A program made the translations under genes and the position numbers. The notes under the pieces were generated by a model that was not told the DNA's origin, did not search any database, and saw only the letters and a program-made list of their open reading frames with translations. From positions 1 to 52,520 of IMG/VR virus record IMGVR_UViG_3300031576_000059: 52,520 bases of DNA; one strand, given 5' to 3'. Shown piece by piece: positions 38,973 through 48,057 of this stretch (the first letter of the stretch is position 1; every line of letters starts with the position of its first letter). Source of the DNA: a virus. Taxonomy: Duplodnaviria; Caudoviricetes.

Positions 38973-39091
38973 GATCTCTCCTTGCGTGAATGCCGGGGAT
39001 CGTCCCCGGCGGGTTGAACAGCATCCATTGGTCGGCGCGGAGGTCGAGTGCGAAGTGGTGGCGGAGATTGAGGAAAAGGAGGCCCGAGCTG

Positions 39092-39307
39092 ATGAAACGC
39101 ACGGCTAAGCGGAAGCCGAGGCTGTTCCTGCACCTCGACGGCTCTTCCGCGTTCTGGCCCAGCCACGTGCATGTCCTCGTCGGCACCCCGTACCGCGCAC
39201 CGAGGCCGGTCTGGCGATGCACCTGCGGCGCGGCGCTGAGGTCGCGGTGGAAGTGGATGCGGCACTGGCTCAAGTACGGGTGCGAGGGGTGGAGGTGCGA
39301 GCGGTGA
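39092..39307 (+). CDS. Small basic protein in the reverse-orientation island
   Basis: Strong SD AAGGAGG; CTC...H motif; coupled to a following GTG ORF. Confidence 0.55.
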   Translation: MKRTAKRKPRLFLHLDGSSAFWPSHVHVLVGTPYRAPRPVWRCTCGAALRSRWKWMRHWLKYGCEGWRCER

Positions 39308-39400
39308 GCATAGGAATCATCGGGCACGCAGCGAATAAGTTCACTTCTGCTACGGAGGTCGAGGCAAGGGCTGTGATAGCTGTCTTCTTGCTGCCCCCTA
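39304..39400 (+). pseudogene. Apparently truncated 5' end of a SLOG/Rossmann-like gene; end approximate
   Basis: MSIGIIGHAANKFT...ARAVIAVFL, after which the frame runs antisense to - strand genes. Confidence 0.35.
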
Positions 39401-39681
39401 GTTTGGAGTGTTCCCGTTTCCTCGCCTTCGTCGTCCAAGATATGAGCGGTCTCAGGCTTGTCCTCGTTCCAAATAGAGCGACAATTCAGGCATCTCCATC
39501 CAACCGCCTCTGCCTCCGCCGCCTCCCTCGCGTACCTCGCGCAGATGTCCAGATCCCGCTTCAACTCCGGGGAGATCATCAACGCTCCGGCCTGTACGGT
39601 TGCCATCCTCTTCTTGGCGAACGTCTCGACCCTCTCCGCCGCCGCGATCACTTCCTCGCGTGTTATTTTGCGCGTCGTCAT
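39400..39681 (-). CDS. Hypothetical protein, probably truncated by the inversion; end approximate
   Basis: SD GGGAGG; MTTRKITREEV...GWRCLNC. Confidence 0.5.
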
Positions 39682-40262
39682 CGGCTACCTCCCACTCTCG
39701 CCCGCTCCGCCGCCACGGCTCGCTCGATAATGGCGTGGAGGTCGAGTGGCTTCGCCGCCGCCGCCCTCGCCGCCGCCTCCGCCGCCCTCGCCCACGCCGC
39801 CGCCGCTGTGGCATCGCCGAGAATGTACGCTGTCGCCCACTCGTCCCACGCCGGGATGGGCGGGATGGGCACGGTTCGCACCGCCCGCGCTATCTCGATG
39901 GCAGCGCAGCAACGCTCACGAATACTGAGCTTTGGCGGCTCAATCTCCTCGAACAGTCGCGCCCGCGTGACGCCGCACTTGAGCACGCTCGGAGTGTCAT
40001 CGAGGCGCTTGCCCTCCCATTCCATCGTCCAGAGCCTCAACGTGGACTCGTCGTAGGCCCCATCCACCGGATTCCGCAGCATCGCCACGAGAGACGAGTT
40101 GTAGGCGTGCAGCCACCCTGGCCCGCATAGTTGTCCCTCCCCGCTCGCCGTGACCCACTCACCTTTCGGCTCAGGCCACAGAAACCCGTCGTGAGTGCGC
40201 CGGTCCTTGTCGGTGATCTTGTAGAGCAGCGGGTTCATTCTCTCCTCCTCGAAGCCGGTCAC
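39678..40262 (-). CDS. Phage hypothetical protein with an Ala-rich tail
   Basis: YKITD...W...GEW...G.LC..GWLHA motif. Confidence 0.7.
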   Translation of the reverse strand: MTGFEEERMNPLLYKITDKDRRTHDGFLWPEPKGEWVTASGEGQLCGPGWLHAYNSSLVAMLRNPVDGAYDESTLRLWTMEWEGKRLDDTPSVLKCGVTRARLFEEIEPPKLSIRERCCAAIEIARAVRTVPIPPIPAWDEWATAYILGDATAAAAWARAAEAAARAAAAKPLDLHAIIERAVAAERARVGGSR

Positions 40263-40486
40263 TTGTGGGGCCTCAATAGATCATCACAGCGAACACAGGC
40301 CATGCATAGCCCGGTCGAGCCGTGCTGGCAGACTGAGACCATCTCCTGGATCTCCCGCAGGTCGTTGCGGAGGCCGCGAAGCTCCTCGGCAACGGCTTGC
40401 ACAGCATGAGTCAATGCCTGCGCATCGCTGTATCCCTTGACACCCCAGACACCAGCGGACCAGTCGATCTCCGGCAACGGTTTCAT
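40259..40486 (-). CDS. Hypothetical protein
   Basis: SD AAGGAGG; CQHG...CMAC. Confidence 0.6.
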   Translation of the reverse strand: MKPLPEIDWSAGVWGVKGYSDAQALTHAVQAVAEELRGLRNDLREIQEMVSVCQHGSTGLCMACVRCDDLLRPHK

Positions 40487-40805
40487 CCCCGTCCTCCTTG
40501 TGTCCCGTGCCGCTTCCCGAGATACTCCTCCAGGTACGTCCCCCTATTCGGCAGCCCGCGCATGTCGCGCCTCCAGAATTGCGCCCCCGCCCACCCGCAC
40601 CGTGCGGGAGCCGGGCGCACCTTGCCGAGGATGCCCGGCACGGACGGGGGCGCGAGATCGCACCACTTCTTCTTCAATGGGCAGCCTCGATTTGAACGAG
40701 GGACGAGAAGGGCTTCTCTCGTCATATTAGCCTTGGGGACCAATGACCCCCCTTGCGCCTTTGTACCGGGCCAACGCCACGTCTCTGCCCATCGAAACGC
40801 CTACG

Positions 40806-40889
40806 CTACTTCTTCCACCCTCTCCCCCGCCCCAGCACCACCGGCGCCAGGATGAGCACCATTACCACCAACACCACCGTCCACCCCAC
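40806..40889 (-). CDS. 27-aa single-TM peptide
   Basis: SD AGGAG; MGWTVVLVVMVLILAPVVLGRGRGWKK. Confidence 0.4.
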   Translation of the reverse strand: MGWTVVLVVMVLILAPVVLGRGRGWKK

Positions 40890-40895
40890 GGTCTC

Positions 40896-41528
40896 CTAGT
40901 CCGCGATGCTGCTGCCGGCCGCGACGGTCGCTGCTGCGCCCTCCTTCCGCGGCTTGGCGACAAGGTAGCTCCGCTTCCTCCCGTTCTCCTCGCGGCTCTT
41001 CACCTGCACGCCGTTGAAATCGAACCCGGCGTCGGTGATCGCCTTGAGGTTCTCCTCGGTGGCGACGTAGTAGTCCTGGAGCCTGCTTCTGTCAATGCCG
41101 TTCTGGTCCTTCTCTGTCGTGAGCCACGCGATGAACTTCCGTCCCTTCGCGGCCACGGCCACTGCACGCGCTATCTTCTCCGAGTTCTCCTTCGTGGGCG
41201 GCAAGGTGATGCTCCCGAGCCCCAGCGCCACGGCGAATCGAGAGAACATCCTCCACCCAGGGCAGTCTCCCTTGTCGTTCTGCTTGATGCTCGCATACGA
41301 CCGAATGAACGACGCCCGGCGGTTGGGGGTGAGAGCCATCTTCGAGTCCAGCCACAGCGTGCATGTCACCCCATGCGTTCCCTGCTTCTTGCTGCACTCG
41401 TACTCCGCCTTATCGACCTCCACGAACGCCCACTGTGGCGGTGGCGCGTCCGCCGTCGCCGCGAATCCCTCGCCAAGTTCCTTCTCGTCGTAGTCCGTGT
41501 TGAAGAGTCCGAACTGGTCCTCGCTCAT
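40896..41528 (-). CDS. Putative single-stranded DNA-binding protein (DUF669-like OB fold)
   Basis: SD GGAGG; downstream of the AAA ATPase; acidic N-terminus then beta strands. Confidence 0.5.
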   Translation of the reverse strand: MSEDQFGLFNTDYDEKELGEGFAATADAPPPQWAFVEVDKAEYECSKKQGTHGVTCTLWLDSKMALTPNRRASFIRSYASIKQNDKGDCPGWRMFSRFAVALGLGSITLPPTKENSEKIARAVAVAAKGRKFIAWLTTEKDQNGIDRSRLQDYYVATEENLKAITDAGFDFNGVQVKSREENGRKRSYLVAKPRKEGAAATVAAGSSIAD

Positions 41529-41589
41529 CTGGCTTGTGCCTCCGTGCCGCTCGATGGCGGCGGGGATAGAAGTACGACCTTTATTACGC

Positions 41590-42495
41590 CTACGCCTGCT
41601 TCCACCACTTCACCGTCTCCTTCCCGTGCAGCCGCCGAAGAACGTTCGGTAGATCCTGTGGCTCACGCATGGCGAGGTTCCTGTGCGGCTTCGCGCTTAC
41701 TTCGCCTGTGTTCTCCACCGTGAACATCCTCTTGATGCACACTCCCGTGAGCGCCCCCTTCGCGTTCCTCTCGAACCTCATGTGCGGCGGGGGATCGCCT
41801 GCGATCTCCACGCTCTCCTTGTCGGTCTCTGGATCGAAGGTGAGTTTCTCGGATCGCAGGTACAGACACGCGCTCGAAAGCCTCGTGAGATTCTTCGGGA
41901 TGAGCTTCCCGTCCACGCTCAACTCGGGGATCGGAGAGAAGCTCCCCTCAAAGGTGGTGGCGGTGGCGACGAAATCTATGCCGGGGATGTTGTCGCGTCC
42001 CTCGATCAGCACGTCGATCACCCCGTACCCTCGCTCTCCGAACTCTCGGAACGTGTTGCGGGAGGTCTGTCCGCTCTTCTCGTCGCGTGAGAGGATGGGG
42101 TTCTTCTCGTAGTACCGTCTCCCGTAGTCCGCGGCACCGGAGATACTATCCCAGAAGACCACACCCGGCAGACGCTTACCCGAGGCCCTCGCACGCACGA
42201 GATCCTCGATGAGCTTCATCACGTCCTGCGGAGTCTGCCGGCGCTCGATCCAGATGTTCGGGAGCGCATCAGCCCCGACGGTGCTCGTGCTGTCCTCGCT
42301 CATGATCGCAAGGATCCCCGCCTCGACCATCCCTTTGTCGAGTGCGAGCTGCCGGAGGAGGTGACTCTTCCCGCTACCGCTTGGGCCGAGCACTACCACG
42401 AGTTGCTTGTCGAGAACCTCGCTCCCTCGGGTGGCTGTCGAGGGCAGCCACAACTCCTGCTCCTTGGGCACTGTCACCGCTGCTTGCTCTCCCAT
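41590..42495 (-). CDS. AAA_24/Sak4-like ATPase
   Basis: Walker A GPSGSGKS, Walker B VVFWDSIS; SD GGAGGAG. Confidence 0.8.
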   Translation of the reverse strand: MGEQAAVTVPKEQELWLPSTATRGSEVLDKQLVVVLGPSGSGKSHLLRQLALDKGMVEAGILAIMSEDSTSTVGADALPNIWIERRQTPQDVMKLIEDLVRARASGKRLPGVVFWDSISGAADYGRRYYEKNPILSRDEKSGQTSRNTFREFGERGYGVIDVLIEGRDNIPGIDFVATATTFEGSFSPIPELSVDGKLIPKNLTRLSSACLYLRSEKLTFDPETDKESVEIAGDPPPHMRFERNAKGALTGVCIKRMFTVENTGEVSAKPHRNLAMREPQDLPNVLRRLHGKETVKWWKQA

Positions 42496-42501
42496 GCTAG
42501 G

Positions 42502-42750
42502 CTACTCCTCCGTGTCCACAATGTCAACATATTTCTCCCTCGTCTGAGGCGCCCGTTTAATAGGTCTCTCGCTCCTCGGTCTCGATCCCTTCTCCACGAG
42601 CGGCAACCCCACGAGCTTCCGCAACTCGTCGAGCCCGTACCTCTCCGCTCGATACTTGCTCCAGCATCTCTCGCAGATCGGCCGCCCCTCTAGGAGTATG
42701 TCCGGTTCCCGCGAGCGGCACCTCGGAACCGCGCACCTCGTGCGGCTCAT
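42502..42750 (-). CDS. Zn-finger hypothetical protein
   Basis: CAVPRC...CERCW. Confidence 0.6.
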   Translation of the reverse strand: MSRTRCAVPRCRSREPDILLEGRPICERCWSKYRAERYGLDELRKLVGLPLVEKGSRPRSERPIKRAPQTREKYVDIVDTEE

Positions 42751-42998
42751 GGGCTCTCCGTGCGCCGGAGTGCCCGCCGCAGCTCCTTGAGCCTCCTCTT
42801 CCGCTGCCTCCCCGACAACCCTGCTGCCTTCATCTCTCGCTCCCTCCTCGCCTCCTCGTCGATACGACAGTAGGCACCGTCCACCCTGACACGGTAGAGC
42901 GTGCCGTCGGTGGCTTTCACACCGACCCCGACCGCGTGTCCCATCTCGCCGCCGTGCTTCGTGATGAAGCCGGTAGCCAGCTTGGGGATCCTATGCAT
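42747..42998 (-). CDS. Hypothetical protein
   Basis: SD AAGGAG; coupled ORF. Confidence 0.55.
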   Translation of the reverse strand: MHRIPKLATGFITKHGGEMGHAVGVGVKATDGTLYRVRVDGAYCRIDEEARREREMKAAGLSGRQRKRRLKELRRALRRTESP

Positions 42999-43296
42999 CG
43001 ACCGGCTCCTTCCAGACAAACAGCCAATTCCTGCGCATGGTGCAATTCCAACCGAGGCCGCGCCTGCGGCGGGCGGCTTGGACGGTGTTCCTCGTGTTGC
43101 GCGCCATCTCCGGGGTCTTCAACTCCCACCTCAGCACAGTTCCTTCTTCCAGAGCGTCGAGAGCCTTTCTGATCCCAGCCCAGGGCTCGTACTCGGCGAG
43201 TTCTATTACGCTCCGGTTCCAACCTGTACTCCTCGGGATCTCCTCGCGTCTGATCACGTCGATCTTCGCCGGCTCCCGCTTACGGCGCACTCTCAT
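42991..43296 (-). CDS. Hypothetical protein
   Basis: SD GAGGAG; coupled ORF. Confidence 0.6.
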   Translation of the reverse strand: MRVRRKREPAKIDVIRREEIPRSTGWNRSVIELAEYEPWAGIRKALDALEEGTVLRWELKTPEMARNTRNTVQAARRRRGLGWNCTMRRNWLFVWKEPVDA

Positions 43297-43535
43297 AACT
43301 CCTCCTCTCCCCCGTCGCACTCCATCTCGAAGTTGCTCCACGCCCGAGCGAAGATGCGATCCGCCGTCTCTCGAAGCTCGGGCTTCACTCTTGGAAGCCC
43401 CTCGTTTAGGACGTGGAGGAGGTCGGAGAGAATGTCCGAGTAGATGGTCTTGTCCCCGTCTCCGTAACCGCTCGTGATGTAGTGATCGATCACCTCCTTC
43501 CCCCTCTCGAACGCCTCCACTCTCTCACGAGCCAT
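43293..43535 (-). CDS. Hypothetical protein
   Basis: SDILSDLLH...RAWSNFEME helical motif. Confidence 0.65.
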   Translation of the reverse strand: MARERVEAFERGKEVIDHYITSGYGDGDKTIYSDILSDLLHVLNEGLPRVKPELRETADRIFARAWSNFEMECDGGEEEL

Positions 43536-43743
43536 CGCCCTGAGCCTCCCGTCTCGCCTTCGCGGCGTCGATGAACTCCTTCTGACTCTCCTGTGCCTCG
43601 GCCAGCACGATCCCCGCGACCAGCATGTCCACCTCGTGTGAGCAGAGCATCCCTGGTGTCACCACGGCGTGCTGATCCCCGAGCTTCCATCGATGCATGT
43701 TGAGCCACATCGTGAGCAGTCCCCTACTCCTCTCGCACGCCAT
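43525..43743 (-). CDS. Hypothetical protein
   Basis: SD GGAGG; coupled ORF. Confidence 0.5.
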   Translation of the reverse strand: MACERSRGLLTMWLNMHRWKLGDQHAVVTPGMLCSHEVDMLVAGIVLAEAQESQKEFIDAAKARREAQGDGS

Positions 43744-43859
43744 CGCCCCTCCCCTCCGCAGCGAACAGCTCGTTGATCATCTCGTCCGTTTCGTCTGAGT
43801 CAAGGCGCTCGGGTGGAATCGAGAGCCCCGTCATCTCGTGGATCCACTTTACGAGCAGC

Positions 43860-44231
43860 TCAGTGCTCTGTCTGCACGGCATCCGCTCGCCTCCCCAATC
43901 GCTCCAGTAGGTACGTAAGCACCGCCAGATCCCCTGCTTCCGGGTTCGCGTCGATCACCTTGGCGATGAACGTGGCTTTCGTGCTCGAAGTCAGCTTCGG
44001 CTTCGTGAACAGTGCAATGGGGGGCGCTTCCTTCCCTTGCATCACGGCTTGGATCGCAGCGAAACTGCTCGACTTGACCCGCTTCCCCCTCCGCGCGAGG
44101 ACCAGCGTGCTCAGACTCACCCCCGCTGCCTCCGCCATCTTTAGCCACGTCAACCCCTTGCTCTCCTTCCACTCCAGAAGCTGCCTCGCAAGCGCCTTCC
44201 CTGTAGCAACCGAGCTTCCGCCTCTCGCCAT
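43860..44231 (-). CDS. XRE-like HTH regulator
   Basis: KGLTWLKMAEAAGVSLSTLVLARRG. Confidence 0.75.
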   Translation of the reverse strand: MARGGSSVATGKALARQLLEWKESKGLTWLKMAEAAGVSLSTLVLARRGKRVKSSSFAAIQAVMQGKEAPPIALFTKPKLTSSTKATFIAKVIDANPEAGDLAVLTYLLERLGRRADAVQTEH

Positions 44232-44232
44232 G

Positions 44233-44442
44233 TCAGGACTCCTCCACTCTTCGAATCACCGCAGTCCACGCCCCAGGCGCGAACGCCCGCACGAGCCGCA
44301 TGTCCACCTCGAACTCCAAGGCTCCGCACGACGAGATCCCACAGCTCTCTGCGCCGACAAGCACCTCTCCGCCGTCATCGCCTATCACGCGGTACACGTA
44401 GATCCTCGCCACCTCCGGCTCTGGTCCCTCGTGTGCGCTCAT
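44233..44442 (-). CDS. Hypothetical protein
   Basis: SD GGAGG; beta-rich 69 aa. Confidence 0.55.
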   Translation of the reverse strand: MSAHEGPEPEVARIYVYRVIGDDGGEVLVGAESCGISSCGALEFEVDMRLVRAFAPGAWTAVIRRVEES

Positions 44443-44448
44443 TTCAGT

Positions 44449-44634
44449 TTACCCTCCACAGGACTTGAACAAGACAATCGCGCAAGCCAAGGCGCCAACT
44501 AGCCCCGTTAGAGCCAAGATAAAGGGAATCCACCCGAGCCAGTAGTCCAGCCTCGCCTCGCGTTTCCGCTTGAGGAACCTCCTTCTCGCATCGACTTCGC
44601 CCGGAATCTCGTGTGTAGAGCCTCCGCGTCTCAA
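44449..44634 (-). CDS. Small single-TM membrane protein
   Basis: SD AGGAG; C-terminal hydrophobic helix. Confidence 0.5.
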   Translation of the reverse strand: MRRGGSTHEIPGEVDARRRFLKRKREARLDYWLGWIPFILALTGLVGALACAIVLFKSCGG

Positions 44635-44978
44635 TGTGCCCTCTCCTGCGCCCGCAGGATCCCATTCATCGCCCGTGCGAGCACCCGCATCTCCGGCCCA
44701 AGCGACGATATCTCCCTCTCACCCATCGCCTCGATCCGCACCCGCTTCCCGATGGTTTCGAGCGCGCACACCAACTCGGGGCGGGTGTGAAAGAGCCTCG
44801 CCATGCGGATCGTGTTGTCCCGGCTCGGCAGGCACCGGCCGCCTTCCCACCCATACACCGTCCCCCTCTCCACCCCGAGCAGCTCTGCCATCTTCGCCGT
44901 GGAGATCCCTGCCTCCAATCGCAGGTCTCGGATGATCGTCGCGGCCTCGTCCAGTCGGTTCTTTCTGAGTTTCGTCAT
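44631..44978 (-). CDS. XRE/Cro-family HTH regulator
   Basis: IRDLRLEAGISTAKMAELLGVERGTVYGWEGGRCLP; SD GAGGAGG. Confidence 0.85.
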   Translation of the reverse strand: MTKLRKNRLDEAATIIRDLRLEAGISTAKMAELLGVERGTVYGWEGGRCLPSRDNTIRMARLFHTRPELVCALETIGKRVRIEAMGEREISSLGPEMRVLARAMNGILRAQERAH

Positions 44979-45247
44979 GCGGTGCCTCCTCGTAACTCGT
45001 TCAGTTCGTGTAGCGCAGAACACAACTTGCACCCGCACCCTTCGTGCGGCGCGGTGTCCTCGTGCTCCCTGTGCTCCCTCCAAACCGCCAGCGAACTCTC
45101 CAGCCCCGCGATTTTCGCTTTGGGGTCCAGGTCCGCTACCCTCACCTTCAACTCATCCCTCTCGATCAGCGCCGCTACGATCTTCGAGACGCTCACCGAG
45201 ATTTCCGTGTCAGGGATATCCTCGATCCTGTTTGGCTCACCCTTCAC
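44975..45247 (-). CDS. Hypothetical coiled-coil protein
   Basis: SD GGAGG; coupled ORF. Confidence 0.55.
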   Translation of the reverse strand: MKGEPNRIEDIPDTEISVSVSKIVAALIERDELKVRVADLDPKAKIAGLESSLAVWREHREHEDTAPHEGCGCKLCSALHELNELRGGTA

Positions 45248-45399
45248 AGCATCAACCCCCTCCGCCGTTACAGCCCGCGATCTCGCAGGCCAAGCAAAGA
45301 GTTTCTATCACCGTTTCGTCCGGGTCCAGTGTCAGTGGGACTTCGCAACAACCGCAGACCGGCAAAGGCTCCCGTGGTCCTGCTTTGCACTCTTTCGGC

Positions 45400-45657
45400 T
45401 CACCCTTCACGACTTACCTCCACCTGGACCTCGAACTCCAGATCCCCGAGGATCTCCGAGATCAACCTCGGCTGCTGTGATCCATCCATCGAAAACCACG
45501 GGATAATCCTCCCGTCCTCCGGCGGATCAGGGGTGATCCACAACCCCCGCTCCCACGCAGATCGCAGGAACCCTAGCATCTCCCCTTTGTACCTCACCCG
45601 AAGCCCCACAAGCTGTCGCTGAGGCTCCAATTCCGTCGCTCGAATCCACTGGGTCAC
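45400..45657 (-). CDS. Hypothetical protein
   Basis: GTGA coupling to the RadC-like gene. Confidence 0.55.
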   Translation of the reverse strand: MTQWIRATELEPQRQLVGLRVRYKGEMLGFLRSAWERGLWITPDPPEDGRIIPWFSMDGSQQPRLISEILGDLEFEVQVEVSREG

Positions 45658-46106
45658 ATCAGCCCCCTCTCCCTCATCGACACGAGCCCTCTCGGACTCA
45701 CGATCAGGTGATCGTACAACCCGATCCCCAGGATGTCCGCCGCTTTCCGAATCGCCATCGTGAAGTCCTGGTCCTCCTGGCTCACCTCCAGGCTTCCAGA
45801 CGGATGATTGTGCGCGAGGATCACCCCCATCGCCCCATGATCAATCGCCGGCTTGAATATCTCTCTCGGATGCGTGTGGGTGGTGTTTAGGCTCCCCACC
45901 GAAATCTCCTCCCTCGCAAGGAGCTGATTCTGAGCGTCGAGATAGAGTCCCACGAGGTGCTCGCGCTTCATCTTCGACAGCCCACGAACAACGGCGTAGG
46001 CGGTCTTGGGATCGGAGATCGCCTGTGCCTCCCTCACCTCCACCTGTCCCCCGCACATCTCGCACACCGCGTAGCTCCCCTTACCGTTCGCTTTATACTT
46101 GCTCAT
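45654..46106 (-). CDS. radC: RadC-like JAB domain protein
   Basis: REHLVGLYLD.QN, GSLNTTHTHPREIFK.A, ILAHNHPSG...SQED, LYDHLIV. Confidence 0.93.
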   Translation of the reverse strand: MSKYKANGKGSYAVCEMCGGQVEVREAQAISDPKTAYAVVRGLSKMKREHLVGLYLDAQNQLLAREEISVGSLNTTHTHPREIFKPAIDHGAMGVILAHNHPSGSLEVSQEDQDFTMAIRKAADILGIGLYDHLIVSPRGLVSMRERGLM

Positions 46107-46297
46107 GCCGTCCCTCTCTGCCTCCTAAGCAGCCTCTTGAAACACCGCTCCCCACACGTATCGACGTGCTCACTCTGCCCACGCCCCGGTCCAAGTGGCT
46201 TCAACAGCCTCCCGCAGATCACGCACTGGCGCGGCTGGACTTCTCGCCCCTGTTGAATCCAGATTCCCCGTGTCATCTCACCCTCCAACAGTTGCAC
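46103..46297 (-). CDS. Zn-finger hypothetical protein (start may be further downstream)
   Basis: CVIC...TCGERC. Confidence 0.5.
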   Translation of the reverse strand: MQLLEGEMTRGIWIQQGREVQPRQCVICGRLLKPLGPGRGQSEHVDTCGERCFKRLLRRQRGTA

Positions 46298-46473
46298 TCC
46301 GGCGGCGCGCAGCAGCTACATTCCGCCAAGAGAGTCCCACTACATAGCAGGCACCTCCAGACATTCCCTCTCAGGTACACCGCATCGTTCTGTTCTGCCT
46401 GCCACCGGACATTTACAACCGTCTGCTTCGTTTCCCTCGCAAGCTCAACCGCCCGTTCATCCGTTAGGATCAT
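46273..46473 (-). CDS. Cys-rich hypothetical protein
   Basis: ATGA coupling to the E1 gene; CLLC...CSCC...CNC. Confidence 0.5.
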   Translation of the reverse strand: MILTDERAVELARETKQTVVNVRWQAEQNDAVYLRGNVWRCLLCSGTLLAECSCCAPPECNCWRVR

Positions 46474-47150
46474 GCCGCCCTCACCTCCTCCACGAAACCC
46501 GCTCGGAAGTTCCACTCCACCCTCTCCGGGAGCACCCTATCCCCCCTCTCCCCCGCGAGCCACATCGTGAGCGCCGCTCCCGTGATCGCCGCCGCGTTCG
46601 AGCACAGCGCCCTCGCGCCGCACTCCGAATGCGTGTATGTCACCCCGAACAGGCTCCTCTCGAAGTCCTCCACGCTCGTCGGAGGGCAGAACACCACGCT
46701 CCCTCCCTCCGGTGCCACCCGCACGTCGATGATCCGCCGCGGCGCTCGTCCTCGTGTCATCGCCGCTCGCCATCCGTCGATTGTGGCGTGCCATCCCTCC
46801 TCCGCGTCTGCGCACATGAACACCACCTTCTCGTCGAGAAGCGGTTGTCCAGGGGCTCCTGTGAACATCTCAGGGATCGCCCGCACCCGCAACCCCGTCA
46901 TGAGCCGGATCCCCCGTGCCAGCGCCCTCACCTTCGCCTCCCCCACAGCCCCCGGAGCATACACCTGCGCCGGCAGGTTGTGAGGCTCCACCTTGTCGGC
47001 ATCCATGACCATAACGCTCTCGAACCCCATCTTTGCGAGCTGGAGCGTAAACCAGCTCCCCGTAGTCCCGGCGCCGAGGATGAGCACCTCCACGCGCCGG
47101 AGCGCTGCCGGGACCAGTCCCTCCTGCCGTCTGTAGTCCGCCGCTGTCAT
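46470..47150 (-). CDS. E1/ThiF-family ubiquitin-like activating enzyme
   Basis: YRRQ, LILGAGTTGS, MDADKVEPHNLPAQ, GEAKV, CAD, IIDVR, candidate catalytic Cys in SECGAR. Confidence 0.92.
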   Translation of the reverse strand: MTAADYRRQEGLVPAALRRVEVLILGAGTTGSWFTLQLAKMGFESVMVMDADKVEPHNLPAQVYAPGAVGEAKVRALARGIRLMTGLRVRAIPEMFTGAPGQPLLDEKVVFMCADAEEGWHATIDGWRAAMTRGRAPRRIIDVRVAPEGGSVVFCPPTSVEDFERSLFGVTYTHSECGARALCSNAAAITGAALTMWLAGERGDRVLPERVEWNFRAGFVEEVRAA

Positions 47151-47151
47151 G

Positions 47152-48048
47152 TCAGGCACAGCTCTCCTCCCACTCTTGAAGGTATGCCTGGAGCACCCGC
47201 CGCATGAGCTTGAACTTCCGCACCTGGACCCAGCTCCCCGACGTTCCACGAGGCTCCCCAGCCCATCGCCACAGTTTCCCGTTCGTGACCTCGTAGATCA
47301 ATCCCCCCACCGTGGTCTGTTGCCCCTCGAACGCCTCCAGCTCGTCCACCACCTCCACCCTCGTCATCCCCTTCACCGAGGTGAAGTCGTCCGCGCTAGT
47401 CCCTCCACCTCCCCCACCAGCGATCTCGCCAGTCCTGGAGAGGCTCCCCACAAAAGGGCGAGTGGTGTCCTCCCCATCGAAGTTGAACGATCTCACACCG
47501 TCGAGGAGCGAAATCGTCGCCCGCTTCGTCGCCGCCCTCGCCGCCGCGGCCTGCTCCGCCTCCCACGGATACGCCACTCTCTCCTCCACGAACTCCAGGT
47601 CCGTGATCCTCACGAACACCGGCTTGTTCACGTACAGCTCCCCGGCGATCTCCCCCTTGAGATTGTGCGTGATCCCCACGCACCAGTCCTTCGCGCCGAA
47701 GTGCTTGAGCAGACTCTTAGAGTCCTCGCTGCTTCGGTGCGCCGCCAGTGCCGCATGGCTGTGCCCCTCCATGTTCAGGTCCGCCGGGTCACACCCATCG
47801 GCGAACACCCTCTCGTAGAGCGCGCTCACCTCCTCCGCGTCGATGTCCCCGTGCGCTGCCCCGACCTTCTGCACCGCTGGCAGCCACACCCGCTCCACGC
47901 GCACGCACGAGGAACTCACCAGCCTCGCAATCCCCAGCCACGCGATCTCCGTAGCCGTCCCGCCCCCGTTGTCATCCAGCCCCGCGTTCTCGATCCACGT
48001 CTTCACGAGTGCGAGGATCTCGTTCGGAAACCTCACTTTGACAGGCAT
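47152..48048 (-). CDS. Prokaryotic JAB/MPN+ metallopeptidase
   Basis: TEIAWLG (catalytic Glu), LPAVQKV, GHSHAALAAHRSSED (HxH-x7-S-x2-D); SD AGGAGG. Confidence 0.85.
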   Translation of the reverse strand: MPVKVRFPNEILALVKTWIENAGLDDNGGGTATEIAWLGIARLVSSSCVRVERVWLPAVQKVGAAHGDIDAEEVSALYERVFADGCDPADLNMEGHSHAALAAHRSSEDSKSLLKHFGAKDWCVGITHNLKGEIAGELYVNKPVFVRITDLEFVEERVAYPWEAEQAAAARAATKRATISLLDGVRSFNFDGEDTTRPFVGSLSRTGEIAGGGGGGTSADDFTSVKGMTRVEVVDELEAFEGQQTTVGGLIYEVTNGKLWRWAGEPRGTSGSWVQVRKFKLMRRVLQAYLQEWEESCA

Positions 48049-48057
48049 TCTCTCCTC

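Noticed and set aside
37864-39681. 605-aa ORF as one protein
   Set aside because: An internal SD-ATG at 38805, a separate 56-aa gene in another frame and a + strand island show it is a chance read-through of several units
43860-44978. Lysogeny switch
   Set aside because: The two HTH genes are co-oriented rather than divergent, and I recognised no integrase or partition genes
46470-47150. ThiF as a thiamine or molybdopterin auxiliary metabolic gene
   Set aside because: No pathway partners are present; its neighbours are JAB, E2-like and Ubl genes
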